In this document: positions 55,536-64,000 of the stretch, piece after piece
Numbering within the stretch: position 1 is the stretch's first letter
Layout of the letters: the number at the start of each line of letters is the position of its first letter
NCBI GenBank assembly: GCA_964572035.1
Contig: CAZNDX010000002.1
Coordinates: forward strand, 63,007 to 127,006
Direction: 5' to 3'
Length of the DNA: 64,000 bases
Source of the DNA: an uncultured Methanosarcinales archaeon
GTDB taxonomy: Archaea; Nanobdellota; Nanobdellia; Woesearchaeales; ARS49
Made by a program: the position numbers and the translations under genes
Notes under the pieces: generated by a model
The model's database searches: none
What the model was told of the DNA's origin: nothing
What the model saw: the letters and a program-made list of their open reading frames with translations, nothing else

Positions 55536-56085
55536 CTAAATCTCGATACATTCTCATCGTTAAACTGGCATTTGAAAAATAACTTTTTGCGGCGCCATAC
55601 GCGTCAAACTGCTCACTAGATAATTCTCTAAGAATTATTTTTTCATCAGCTTTCTTCCAAGCAGAATCCAAAGTGTCATAACAAAATACGAACTTATTCA
55701 AAACAAGCTGAAAACTATTGTTAATCCTGTCATCCCAAGAATCAGAAAACTTCTCTTTTGCACGCTCGCGTTCTTCATAAATTTCCCTGATTTTTTTCGC
55801 GGCAAACTCCGCCTGCATACCGTAATGAATCAGCCAATCAAAACTTTCAGCAGAACTGTCGAACTCAAAATTTTCAGCGGGTTTAGCCATACCAAGAGAA
55901 AGATTCGCGACATCATGCATATCGTTAAGATAACCGCCCTCAATGAGTCCTTTGTCGTAATTTACTTTGCCACTGTAATACTCCCAACTGGCTTTTTCTT
56001 CAAGAGTTTCAGGCTCTTCTATTTTTGGCGAGGCGCAGGCTGAAAGCAAAGCTGCGAGCCCAAAACTGATTAATTTTCTTCTCAT
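55474..56085 (-). CDS. Lipoprotein, function unknown
   Basis: Lipobox LAALLSAC. 203 aa. The 3' end overlaps the converging NFACT gene. Confidence 0.45.
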   Translation of the reverse strand: MRRKLISFGLAALLSACASPKIEEPETLEEKASWEYYSGKVNYDKGLIEGGYLNDMHDVANLSLGMAKPAENFEFDSSAESFDWLIHYGMQAEFAAKKIREIYEERERAKEKFSDSWDDRINNSFQLVLNKFVFCYDTLDSAWKKADEKIILRELSSEQFDAYGAAKSYFSNASLTMRMYRDLATQVKVRLPEELASRHQRER

Positions 56086-56134
56086 AAGTCATTTTTCACT
56101 CTTATCGTATATAAAATTAAGCGAAAAATAGAGA

Positions 56135-56146
56135 GGGTTTATAAAG
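56135..56146 (+). promoter_or_regulatory. Promoter motif GGGTTTATAAAG (TATA box) for the YhbY gene
   Basis: An exact 12-mer that recurs at 46245 and 24325, with near-copies at 29302 and 41647. Confidence 0.5.
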
Positions 56147-56167
56147 GGGGCAAAATGGGTTTCGAAT

Positions 56168-56419
56168 ATGACAAAAATCAACCATCACACGCTTCAGCCA
56201 AGCCTTGTAATCGGCAAAGCGGGACTAACGGAAGCGGTTGTTCGAAAAGCGAACGAGCTCCTCAAGCGAAAGAAAGTAATTAAGGTCAAATTCTTGAAAA
56301 CATCGATAGACGGGAATAAATACGCCCTTGTGGAAAACCTCGCCAAACAAACAAACAGCGACGTAATACACAGAGTAGGATTTATAGCAGTTCTTGAACG
56401 CACCCCTAGAAAGAATTAA
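56168..56419 (+). CDS. YhbY/CRS1 (CRM) domain RNA-binding protein
   Basis: IGKAGLTEAVV motif and ~80-aa size. A GGGTTTATAAAG promoter lies 24 nt upstream, so the transcript is probably leaderless. Confidence 0.6.
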   Translation: MTKINHHTLQPSLVIGKAGLTEAVVRKANELLKRKKVIKVKFLKTSIDGNKYALVENLAKQTNSDVIHRVGFIAVLERTPRKN

Positions 56420-56445
56420 ATAGCCCTTTCCTTTAAAAAGACCTT

Positions 56446-58101
56446 ATGGCAAAAGGGAGTGATTTTCTAATAGCTTACGGCTTTGGAAAAAGCACAATTG
56501 AGTTTGAGCATGACGGCAAAAAGCAGACTGTCAAAATAGAAGGAAAAACTCCCGAAGACAAACTGAGCTTCATTCGCAAAAAAAGGGACGAACTCGGCGG
56601 AGCGGCCGGAGCGTTCAACTCAGCGCTAGAAAAGGCAGCGGAGCACGAAACAATCGAAGCCAGCAGAGACCAAATGATGGTTTCAGACTATCCAAAACCA
56701 ATAACGCGCTATTTTATTTCACTGGAAACGCCCGGTAAAAACATAGAAGAATACTATTTTTGGTGCCTCAACATGATGGGCGACTCAGGATTCCCAATAG
56801 TCGATAAAATACAAGACGTATTCACGGCGTCAGAACACTCAAGTTTTTACGGATCAGGAGCTCAAAGACTGAATTTCGCTCAGGACAAGGCCACACAATA
56901 CCTGGCGACAATCGGAAAAATGGTCAAAGACTTATTCCAAATAGTCCGCGAACTGCGAATCATAGACGAACACTTGGAACTTTACTACAAAGCACTCGGC
57001 TACAAACTTGATGACAAAAAAAGACCATCAAAAAACAAAGAAGGCAAATATGTAATGGGGGAGAGAGACGTTTCATCCGAAATCGCGCTCAAAGGAATGT
57101 GGGTGGACATGATAGACGGAGTAGTCGGCGGGCAAAGAACAGGCGCAAACATATTCACAATGGCTCAACAACTGCAATTCACATCACTTCCTGATTTGTT
57201 CTTTAACATAAACCCAAAAGACGGACAAAGCGTTGACAAAGCGGTAGAAGAACAGGCGAAAGAGTTCAATGACGTTGTAAAAAACGCGCTGCGAAGAAAA
57301 CTCGCTCAATATCTCGCATGGAGAGATGCCACATTCAAAGAACATGTACACAGAAGACAATTCACAATCAAATACCTTAGACAACATTATGACGTGATCA
57401 AACTTTACATGGCGTGGCTAAAACCCTTCCTGAACCACGCAAAACGATTATCGGCAAAACAAGAATTGCTGAACAACCCTCGATTAATCGCAGCGTTCGA
57501 AAGCAGTCTAGTGGAAATAGAAGTACTTGGAAGAAATCTGCCACAAGGAAACAAAGACTGCTACGCGTGCTTATTGATGAATTTTGAATACGAAACAAGA
57601 CCACAACTACAATTCCAAGCAGAAGGATACCAAAGAGGACCAATCCATCTCGGCACAACAAGAATAACCTGGCGAAACTACGCGTGGACAATGGACCAAA
57701 TCAAAAATTATCGCTCAATGCGTGAAAGAATGGACTTTGAGGCATTGGCAGACATAGACGCGTCGCTTCGCGAAGTAATGAACTCACTTGGCGATGACCT
57801 GATGAACTACATTAATGAAGTCTCTGTTGAATTAAACCTGCCAAAAGAAGAAAAGAAAAAAGAAAAAGAAACAATCGCTGGTCACATGAAAAAAATAAGC
57901 GAAGACGTCAAGCTAACATTTGGATTTGACATAGACAAAGCAATGAAAGGCATAACTGATTTTCTGCCAAAAAAAGATGAAAAAGCAATCAAGGCTGAAA
58001 AGGCATCAAGCGAAAAAAAGAGAGCGGCGGGAACATCAAAATTCTTAACATTCTTGCACTACAACATTTTCAAAAAAGCGCATGGACTGCTTTCTTGGTA
58101 G
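56446..58101 (+). CDS. Large hypothetical protein (551 aa), no recognisable domain
   Basis: ORF with normal codon usage. The C-terminal 100 aa are Lys/Glu-rich. Confidence 0.5.
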   Translation: MAKGSDFLIAYGFGKSTIEFEHDGKKQTVKIEGKTPEDKLSFIRKKRDELGGAAGAFNSALEKAAEHETIEASRDQMMVSDYPKPITRYFISLETPGKNIEEYYFWCLNMMGDSGFPIVDKIQDVFTASEHSSFYGSGAQRLNFAQDKATQYLATIGKMVKDLFQIVRELRIIDEHLELYYKALGYKLDDKKRPSKNKEGKYVMGERDVSSEIALKGMWVDMIDGVVGGQRTGANIFTMAQQLQFTSLPDLFFNINPKDGQSVDKAVEEQAKEFNDVVKNALRRKLAQYLAWRDATFKEHVHRRQFTIKYLRQHYDVIKLYMAWLKPFLNHAKRLSAKQELLNNPRLIAAFESSLVEIEVLGRNLPQGNKDCYACLLMNFEYETRPQLQFQAEGYQRGPIHLGTTRITWRNYAWTMDQIKNYRSMRERMDFEALADIDASLREVMNSLGDDLMNYINEVSVELNLPKEEKKKEKETIAGHMKKISEDVKLTFGFDIDKAMKGITDFLPKKDEKAIKAEKASSEKKRAAGTSKFLTFLHYNIFKKAHGLLSW

Positions 58102-58133
58102 ATTTTATATAGCATTCTTGATTTTTATCGTCT

Positions 58134-58718
58134 ATGGCAGTGAATTTTGGCGACTTCGAAAAAATGCCCGCTGAAAAAAGGGCAAAAGAACTAAACGCAC
58201 TAATTGAAACGCTCAAAAAAGAAATAGAAAACGCCAAAAAAGAACTTTCTCAAAAAGAAAAAGATCTCTTGGACGCGCAAGAATTCTTAGCTAAATCAGA
58301 AAAAGAGGCAAGAATGCTTGAAGACGTAAGAACGCAAGGACTTGAGAAGAAAGCAGAAGAAAAACAAGAAACAAATACTGCCAAAAAACAAACAAAATCC
58401 CTTGAAGAAGAACTTGAAGGAGCACCAAGAATGAAAACACCGGAAGGCCAATCATATTTCGCCAACAAAACACTCGCTGACATTGACAAAATAACAACAT
58501 CAATCTATCAAAGACAGAAACAAACAGGAATTGAAACGGAAAACGACAGACGCGTATTCTACGAAGCGAGCAAAGAGCTAGAGGACAGGAGACGCAAACT
58601 TGAGGACGGAAGTTACGTCGCAGACAGAGACGCGCGAAAACACCTCGAACACGCTGAAGACCTAGTCAAAAAAGACTATGAGAAGCATAAAGAACAATAC
58701 AAAAGACACGTTTTATAA
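58134..58718 (+). CDS. Hypothetical charged coiled-coil protein
   Basis: 194 aa with K/E/R-rich heptads. Confidence 0.45.
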   Translation: MAVNFGDFEKMPAEKRAKELNALIETLKKEIENAKKELSQKEKDLLDAQEFLAKSEKEARMLEDVRTQGLEKKAEEKQETNTAKKQTKSLEEELEGAPRMKTPEGQSYFANKTLADIDKITTSIYQRQKQTGIETENDRRVFYEASKELEDRRRKLEDGSYVADRDARKHLEHAEDLVKKDYEKHKEQYKRHVL

Positions 58719-58790
58719 CAATTCTATAGCAATTCTATAGCAATATGATTTATAAACTCAAATAGCTATATCATATTCTATGGTCGAGTT
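58719..58790 (+). promoter_or_regulatory. Promoter region with tandem direct repeat (2x CAATTCTATAG), TATA box TTTATAAA and an inverted repeat ATATGAT...ATCATAT
   Basis: caattctatagcaattctatagcaatatgatttataaactcaaatagctatatcatattc lies directly upstream of the 638-aa gene. Confidence 0.5.
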
Positions 58791-60696
58791 CAAAAAAGGC
58801 GGATATTACATGCCAATGGACAGGCAGTATTACTCTTCTGAAGACATTTCGCCAAAACTTGAAGACCCAATAGTTCCTATTTCAAAACTAGGAGAAACCG
58901 TGCCTGAATCGTTGGGCGGACGAAACATAATCCAAACAACACAGGCAGCGATAAGAGGCGGAGCCAGCACACTTCAACTGGTAGGAATGAGGCAGGGAAC
59001 ATCAGTCGTAACGGCGCCCGGAGCTATTGGAGCGAGATACGGACAAGAAGTCAGACAAGCACTGCGGGAAGTAATCGCGGCAGCGGGGCCTGACGTTAAT
59101 ATTGTTGGAATAGAAATGCCAACATCAATGAACAACTTCAACGGAATGACCCAGCGCGGATTTCAGGAACAGGCGAGAAGGGAAACTCTGTCTCAGGTTA
59201 AGGAAGCGATACAATTTGTCGCTGACATCAACAGAGGCGGCGGAGTTGACATGGTCTCATTTGAATTTGACAGGCCGCGGTCAAAACTAAAATCTGAAGA
59301 CCAAAAGCTGTTCGACATACACAGCGAAGAAAAAATGTTCTCAATGGTTGACGACAGAACAGGCGAAATGCAAAATTACAGAAAAACAAAAGGGCAAATG
59401 CTGCCTTATGTTAAGACGAAAGACGGATACAAGTCAACAAAAGAGCTTGTAGACGCGGGAAAAAAAGAATACGCAGATCCAATCACGGGGCTTCCAAAAC
59501 TAAACATGTTCACCTGGGAGGACTTTGAAGACTGGGCAAAAATGGAAAGAACAACACCGGAACAAAAATACATGGAAGTAGTAATGCAAAACCAAATTGA
59601 CCTGTCTCGAGGGCAATTGGCGGTTTATGAACAGAGGATGAGCGGCTTCAAAAATGAACTTGAGAAAGTAGAAGAACAACTCAAAACAGGAAAAACAATT
59701 GACTTAGAAAAAGACCCCGCCACAAGAACTGTGCGACAAATAGAGCGCGAACTAACCCACGATGAAAAAAAGGAACTTCAAGAGGAAGAAAGACGAATCA
59801 GACGACTCTACGAAGAATCACGAGACTCATACTTGGGAACACAGCAAAACATAGAGGAAGCCAAGCAATCAGTCCAACATTTAAAGCCAATAGAACAGTT
59901 CGCTCCTGAAAAAACAGCGCTATCTTACGCTGAAGCCGGACTTTACGCAATGCAGGAAAGCAACCAGCTTCGCGCCCAAGGCAAACTCAAAAAAGAACTT
60001 TACGTCGGACCAGAAATCGGGTGGCCTGACTATTACGGCGGACATCCTGATGAGTTCATCGCGATAATTCGCAAATCGCGAGACAAAATGGTGGACTTCC
60101 TGACAAAACCAAAAGTGGTTGATGAGGCATCAAAACAGGAAATCAAAAGTCCATACTACGACCCGCGAGTTTCCGTAAAAGAAGCGAAAGAACTCGCGAA
60201 CAAGCACATCGCAGGAACATTCGACACAAGCCACCTTGGAATGTGGTACAAACATTTCAAACCTGAACTTCCTGAAGAGCAACGACTAAAAGAATTCAAA
60301 AAATGGTACATGGAACAAGTTGACAAGATAGCTGACGCAAACGTTGTAGGAGGAATTCAAGTAGTGGACTCGCACTCAGGAGAACACGGACACCTTCCGC
60401 CCGGACAGGGAATCTTCCCAGTAATAGAGGCGACCAAACGATTCCAAGAAAAAGGATTCAAAGGATTTATAGTGTCAGAAGGACACGACGAAGAAACATT
60501 CGGGCAAGGACGCATCCGCACTAAACTCTGGGAAAGAATGGGCGGAAAAATAGGACAAGGATACTTCGGACAACCAGCAGCGTGGGGTCACATCGCGCCA
60601 AGCTATTTCGGAAGAACATACTCTCCAAAATTTATGTTCGGCTCATACGTGCCCAGCAACGACTTCAGACTCTGGAGCGAAGTCCCCCTCGAGTAA
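58780..60696 (+). CDS. Xylose-isomerase-like TIM-barrel protein split by a ~250-aa coiled-coil insertion
   Basis: C-terminal barrel motifs: DTSHLGMW; HSGEHGHLPPGQGIFP (compare H-x-P-x-G-x-G-x-ID); KGFKGFIVSEGHDEE (compare GY-x-G-x-ISIE). N-terminal barrel strands are VGIEMP and GGGVDMVSFEF. Residues ~250-500 are a charged coiled coil. The real start may be the Met at 58810. Confidence 0.5.
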   Translation: MVEFKKGGYYMPMDRQYYSSEDISPKLEDPIVPISKLGETVPESLGGRNIIQTTQAAIRGGASTLQLVGMRQGTSVVTAPGAIGARYGQEVRQALREVIAAAGPDVNIVGIEMPTSMNNFNGMTQRGFQEQARRETLSQVKEAIQFVADINRGGGVDMVSFEFDRPRSKLKSEDQKLFDIHSEEKMFSMVDDRTGEMQNYRKTKGQMLPYVKTKDGYKSTKELVDAGKKEYADPITGLPKLNMFTWEDFEDWAKMERTTPEQKYMEVVMQNQIDLSRGQLAVYEQRMSGFKNELEKVEEQLKTGKTIDLEKDPATRTVRQIERELTHDEKKELQEEERRIRRLYEESRDSYLGTQQNIEEAKQSVQHLKPIEQFAPEKTALSYAEAGLYAMQESNQLRAQGKLKKELYVGPEIGWPDYYGGHPDEFIAIIRKSRDKMVDFLTKPKVVDEASKQEIKSPYYDPRVSVKEAKELANKHIAGTFDTSHLGMWYKHFKPELPEEQRLKEFKKWYMEQVDKIADANVVGGIQVVDSHSGEHGHLPPGQGIFPVIEATKRFQEKGFKGFIVSEGHDEETFGQGRIRTKLWERMGGKIGQGYFGQPAAWGHIAPSYFGRTYSPKFMFGSYVPSNDFRLWSEVPLE

Positions 60697-61044
60697 ATCG
60701 TCACACTCAATCTCCCGCAACGACTCGTAAAAACCAACAATATCGTTTTTAGGCAAAAACTCCTCATATTTTGGCTTTAAAAGATTCTCAATAAAATCTG
60801 AAACATTATCCACTTTTTTCACGGAAGCGGAATCATAAACCTTGCAAAGATATGAAAACTCATTAGACAATTCGTAATTGCTTTGTTCACTTAACAAAAT
60901 AATTTCCTCGGATTTATTTGACTGCTCAACAATATCGTCAATAGAATTCACGATAGGAGGAGGCTCATCGCCGTCAACCAAACCTGACTGCTCTGAATCA
61001 GAAGTTCTAAAAATTACGATAATCTCACCGCGACTGCCCAACAA
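60643..61044 (-). CDS. Acidic hypothetical protein
   Basis: 133 aa, D/E-rich. Overlaps the upstream acidic ORF by 20 nt in another frame, so the two may be one frameshifted gene. Confidence 0.35.
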   Translation of the reverse strand: MLGSRGEIIVIFRTSDSEQSGLVDGDEPPPIVNSIDDIVEQSNKSEEIILLSEQSNYELSNEFSYLCKVYDSASVKKVDNVSDFIENLLKPKYEEFLPKNDIVGFYESLREIECDDLLEGDFAPESEVVAGHV

Positions 61045-61516
61045 TCACTTTGCCGGCACAGACTAAAAACCATTCAAACTGAGTAAGGTATGATTTGGCT
61101 TGGCTGACTTTTTCCCGCTCCGCGTCGTCAAGCTTAATATATTCCCCACAGGAAGCGTTTTGCGCGCTCTCAAAACCAAGATTTGCCCCTTCTTTTATTG
61201 ACTCCTCAAAATGCTCCGTCTGAACATTATAAGACGCGCCAGCGGTTTCAGTTGTAAACCCTTTCTGGCCCTCATATTCCAAATGGGAATATGCCGGCAA
61301 TTCGCCGTTTTCATATCCTGCCGAAACGGAAACCTGATATTGCGGACTGTCAAAAGATTGAGGGTCAAGATTTTGCTCAACAACAGGCCTCAATTCTTCA
61401 GCGATTTCGTCAATAGAACTATGCGCCGCAGATTGAACAAGCCTAATTGCGCTAAAAACTTCTTCCGACTTGCCTCCAGATTCGTAAATCAAAACAAGAT
61501 TTTCCAATTCCCCCAT
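61025..61516 (-). CDS. Acidic hypothetical protein
   Basis: 163 aa, D/E-rich. Confidence 0.35.
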   Translation of the reverse strand: MGELENLVLIYESGGKSEEVFSAIRLVQSAAHSSIDEIAEELRPVVEQNLDPQSFDSPQYQVSVSAGYENGELPAYSHLEYEGQKGFTTETAGASYNVQTEHFEESIKEGANLGFESAQNASCGEYIKLDDAEREKVSQAKSYLTQFEWFLVCAGKVIVGQSR

Positions 61517-61687
61517 GCAGTTTTTTAATTTTCAACCCATTATTAAGTTTTGCGATTGCACTGATTAATGACGAAACACAACATATGGAGCGCTTTTGAA
61601 TACAGGCGGTTTTGAAATTCTATAAGTAGTGTCTTCATTGCGTAGTGGCTCTAAAACATTTAAAACGCCCTCTTCTATTGGAAACGT

Positions 61688-62497
61688 ATGGATTTTCCTT
61701 TAAAGAAGCGAGAACACCGCAACATACCAAAATACAACATAAAAGACTTTGAGCTCGCACAAAAATTCGCGAACCTATGCAAAAAAGAACTTGGAGAACT
61801 TCTAAGGTCAGTAGTCCTTTTTGGAAGCACAGCCCGCGATGAAAAACCAATCAACAAAGAGCGAGACATTGACGTTCTGCTCATCATAAACGATTTAAGC
61901 ATAGTACTTGGAAACGAAGTAATACAAACATACAGAGTCATAGTTGAAAATTGCGCGAGCAAAGTCTCACGAAGACTGCATATCAATACGTTGAAGCTAA
62001 CAACATTTTGGGAATACGTGCGAAACGGAGACCCAATAGCAACAAACATGCTGCGCGACGGCGTGCCATTAATTGATGACGGAATATTTGAGCCCGCGCA
62101 AGAACTTTTACTTCAAGGAAGAATAAGGCCAAGCAAGGAAGCAATCTGGACATACTTCGCGAGAGCGCCAGCGACAATACACAACGCAGACTGGCACGTT
62201 CTTCAAGCGGCAATAGACCTTTATTGGGCGGTAGTTGACAGCGCGCATGCCGCCTTAATGAACACAGGAGCCATGCCGCCAACACCCGCGCACATAGCGG
62301 ACCTTATGCGAGAACACCTTGTTCGAACCGGCAGACTTCCAAAAAAATACGCCGATACAATGGAATTCTTTTACAAACTGCAAAAACAAATCAATTACAG
62401 ACAAATACCAAGAATATCAGGCAAGGAATACGACCATTACCACGCCCTTGCTGAAGACTTTGTCAAGGCGATGCAAAAATTTGTTGAGCTGAGGTAA
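61688..62497 (+). CDS. Fused minimal nucleotidyltransferase (MNT) - HEPN-like protein
   Basis: N-terminal pol-beta NTase motif LFGSTARDE...DIDVLLI. The C-terminal alpha-helical half with Arg/His-containing helices is HEPN-like. Confidence 0.55.
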   Translation: MDFPLKKREHRNIPKYNIKDFELAQKFANLCKKELGELLRSVVLFGSTARDEKPINKERDIDVLLIINDLSIVLGNEVIQTYRVIVENCASKVSRRLHINTLKLTTFWEYVRNGDPIATNMLRDGVPLIDDGIFEPAQELLLQGRIRPSKEAIWTYFARAPATIHNADWHVLQAAIDLYWAVVDSAHAALMNTGAMPPTPAHIADLMREHLVRTGRLPKKYADTMEFFYKLQKQINYRQIPRISGKEYDHYHALAEDFVKAMQKFVELR

Positions 62498-62616
62498 TAA
62501 GGACAGTCTTAGAGCGCCAGGGCATCAACGCTAAAATTGTTACTTTCCAATAGCGAAATTTACGCAACCTTTAAATACTGAGCTTTCTTATTATGTAATG
62601 TTGTGGTGAGGACTTT

Positions 62617-62742
62617 ATGGAAACAAAAATGCTTAAGATGGTAAACGACTCTTGTTTTGGCAAGAAGCACGACCAAATTGAGCAATGCGAACACTGCTGG
62701 ATAAAACAAAGCTGCCTTGTCGTTTACCGCAACCGCAAATAA
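62617..62742 (+). CDS. Small Cys-rich protein (41 aa); not in the ORF track
   Basis: Manual translation gives METKMLKMVNDSCFGKKHDQIEQCEHCWIKQSCLVVYRNRK. Four Cys are spaced for possible Zn binding. Confidence 0.3.
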   Translation: METKMLKMVNDSCFGKKHDQIEQCEHCWIKQSCLVVYRNRK

Positions 62743-62744
62743 TT

Positions 62745-63575
62745 CTAGCTCACTTTAACCCTAAACATTGATGAATATCGCCCCGGCGGAGCGCTGACAT
62801 CCTTCAACGAAACGCGTACTTTTTTTTCCTCATTCGGCTGAACCGTGAACGACCCGTCCTCAATGTCCACATTCTCCTTCTCAATAACATTCCTGCCAAA
62901 AACCAAATCAGAAACGCGAACATCAACGACAACAGGATAATCGCGGTTATTCTTAACCACAAGAAATGAGTCTGGAGATAACTCCAGCTTGTCAGACACC
63001 TCCACAACAGGCGCGGAAACAGTTATGTCCGCTTCCACCAGTACGGGAACGCCTTCAAAGAAATTTGGTTCGGACTCAATGAAATCCTCGCTATTGTCGT
63101 TAGTGTCGTCAACTCTTAAAAGGGATTTGCCCTGAGAAACCATGGCTGCAGGCACGCCTTCCCACAAGTCATCCTCAATTTCCTCGCTGTCACCCCAGCC
63201 AACAGCATCTATAAAATTTCCAGACGAATCTTTAAGCGCGATGCCTGAATCAGAATTGCCAAGAGTCATGGTGTCTTCCAAATCGGCATCCCTCCACTCC
63301 GCGTCATCACGCTTGGTTGACCAGCCGGAGTCCGCGACAAGAAATGTTTTTCCGGGCTCAATAAACTCTCCCTGAGGAATTATAATATCAGTATTTGACG
63401 CTTCAGTCGCGATAACCCAATCAGACAAATCTATGACGGAAGAGCCCGTATTCTTTAGCTCAATAGCTTCCCCGCCACTTTCGGTGCCAACAGGGTCGTA
63501 AAGAACTTGAGAAATGACCACATTGGCAGATACGCAAACCGACAGCAAGAGAATCGCAATAATTTGTTTAATCAT
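62745..63575 (-). CDS. Secreted lamin-tail-domain (LTD) protein
   Basis: Signal peptide, then the LTD signature VVISQVLYDPVGTESGGEAIELKNTGSSVIDLSDWVI. 276 aa. Confidence 0.6.
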   Translation of the reverse strand: MIKQIIAILLLSVCVSANVVISQVLYDPVGTESGGEAIELKNTGSSVIDLSDWVIATEASNTDIIIPQGEFIEPGKTFLVADSGWSTKRDDAEWRDADLEDTMTLGNSDSGIALKDSSGNFIDAVGWGDSEEIEDDLWEGVPAAMVSQGKSLLRVDDTNDNSEDFIESEPNFFEGVPVLVEADITVSAPVVEVSDKLELSPDSFLVVKNNRDYPVVVDVRVSDLVFGRNVIEKENVDIEDGSFTVQPNEEKKVRVSLKDVSAPPGRYSSMFRVKVS

Positions 63576-63724
63576 ATTATCACCGAAATAATGGTGTAAA
63601 AACGTTTTAAAGAAGTTTATGGAGAAGATTTTGAAATGATTTCAGAGGGGGATGAAAAAATTGCGGTAAAAATATGAGAATTTGAAAAAAGAATATGAAA
63701 AAAAGATATTAAAAAAATAAAAAA

Positions 63725-63985
63725 TTAATCGTGCTTCTTCTTCTGAAGAGCGATTATCATCGCTACAATTGCGCCCGCAATAAGAACTGAGAGCACAACC
63801 AAAAGTGCGATGTACGCTGGACTTTCAGTAAAGCTTGTTGAAGAGCTCTTCTGAGCAGCAGCTTTCGCCTGAGTTCCGGTTGGCTGAGGCGCGGTAGGAA
63901 CAACAACAGTTGAATCCTGCTTTGGCTCAGTCTTTGGAGTCTCAACGATTACTGGAGCTTCAGTCTCACACTTGTCAACGGTCAA
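63725..63985 (-). CDS. Small Pro/Thr-rich protein with C-terminal TM anchor
   Basis: 86 aa. Its N-terminus could extend beyond the window end. Confidence 0.35.
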   Translation of the reverse strand: MTVDKCETEAPVIVETPKTEPKQDSTVVVPTAPQPTGTQAKAAAQKSSSTSFTESPAYIALLVVLSVLIAGAIVAMIIALQKKKHD

Positions 63986-64000
63986 GTCCGCTGAACCCTG

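Noticed and set aside
58719-58745. Possible CRISPR-like or tandem repeat (CAATTCTATAG x2)
   Set aside because: There are only two 11-nt units and no spacer-repeat periodicity. It is better explained as an operator/promoter element, and is reported as regulatory. No CRISPR arrays or cas genes were seen anywhere in the window.

Overview
The window looks like a fragment of a small, low-GC (~45%) archaeal genome, most plausibly a DPANN-type archaeon. The translation and chaperone genes are archaeal in type: a thermosome (5' truncated by the window edge), archaeal/eukaryotic-type GluRS, aEF-2, a secreted-protein gene, aEF-1alpha and S10 in that order, and a conserved Ndk-L24e-S28e-L7Ae cluster. 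Six tRNA genes are present: Ala-CGC, Ala-GGC, Met-CAT, Ser-GGA (with a BHB intron), Glu-CUC and Ser-UGA. Alongside these sit many bacterial-looking envelope functions: a clear Lgt, many lipobox lipoproteins, PlsC, CcdA with secreted thioredoxins, an AI-2E transporter, a DUF883/ElaB-like protein and a DoxX protein. Other content includes ADP-forming acetyl-CoA synthetase alpha and beta subunits, a PaaK-like ligase, GlmS, Nth, a Ski2/Mtr4-like helicase, three HIT-family paralogs, and an archaeal type IV pilus-like locus (prepilin peptidase, pilin, beta-helix surface proteins, a caspase-like lipoprotein). No rRNA, CRISPR array, integrase or transposase was seen. The most unusual observations are: (1) both tRNA-Ser(GGA) and tRNA-Glu(CUC) are followed about 90-100 bp downstream by a direct copy of their own 3'-terminal 16-18 nt plus two hairpins; (2) a clear bacterial-type lgt in an archaeal context; (3) two extracytoplasmic thiol-redox clusters, one with a membrane protein carrying three thioredoxin-like CxxC repeats; (4) a block of uncharacterized genes at 56.4-62.5 kb that includes a 638-aa xylose-isomerase-like TIM barrel split by a ~250-aa coiled coil; (5) a K-turn-like element in the L7Ae 5' UTR; (6) a ~25% GC island encoding two small membrane proteins. 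All calls are from reading the sequence and translations directly. No database search was possible.
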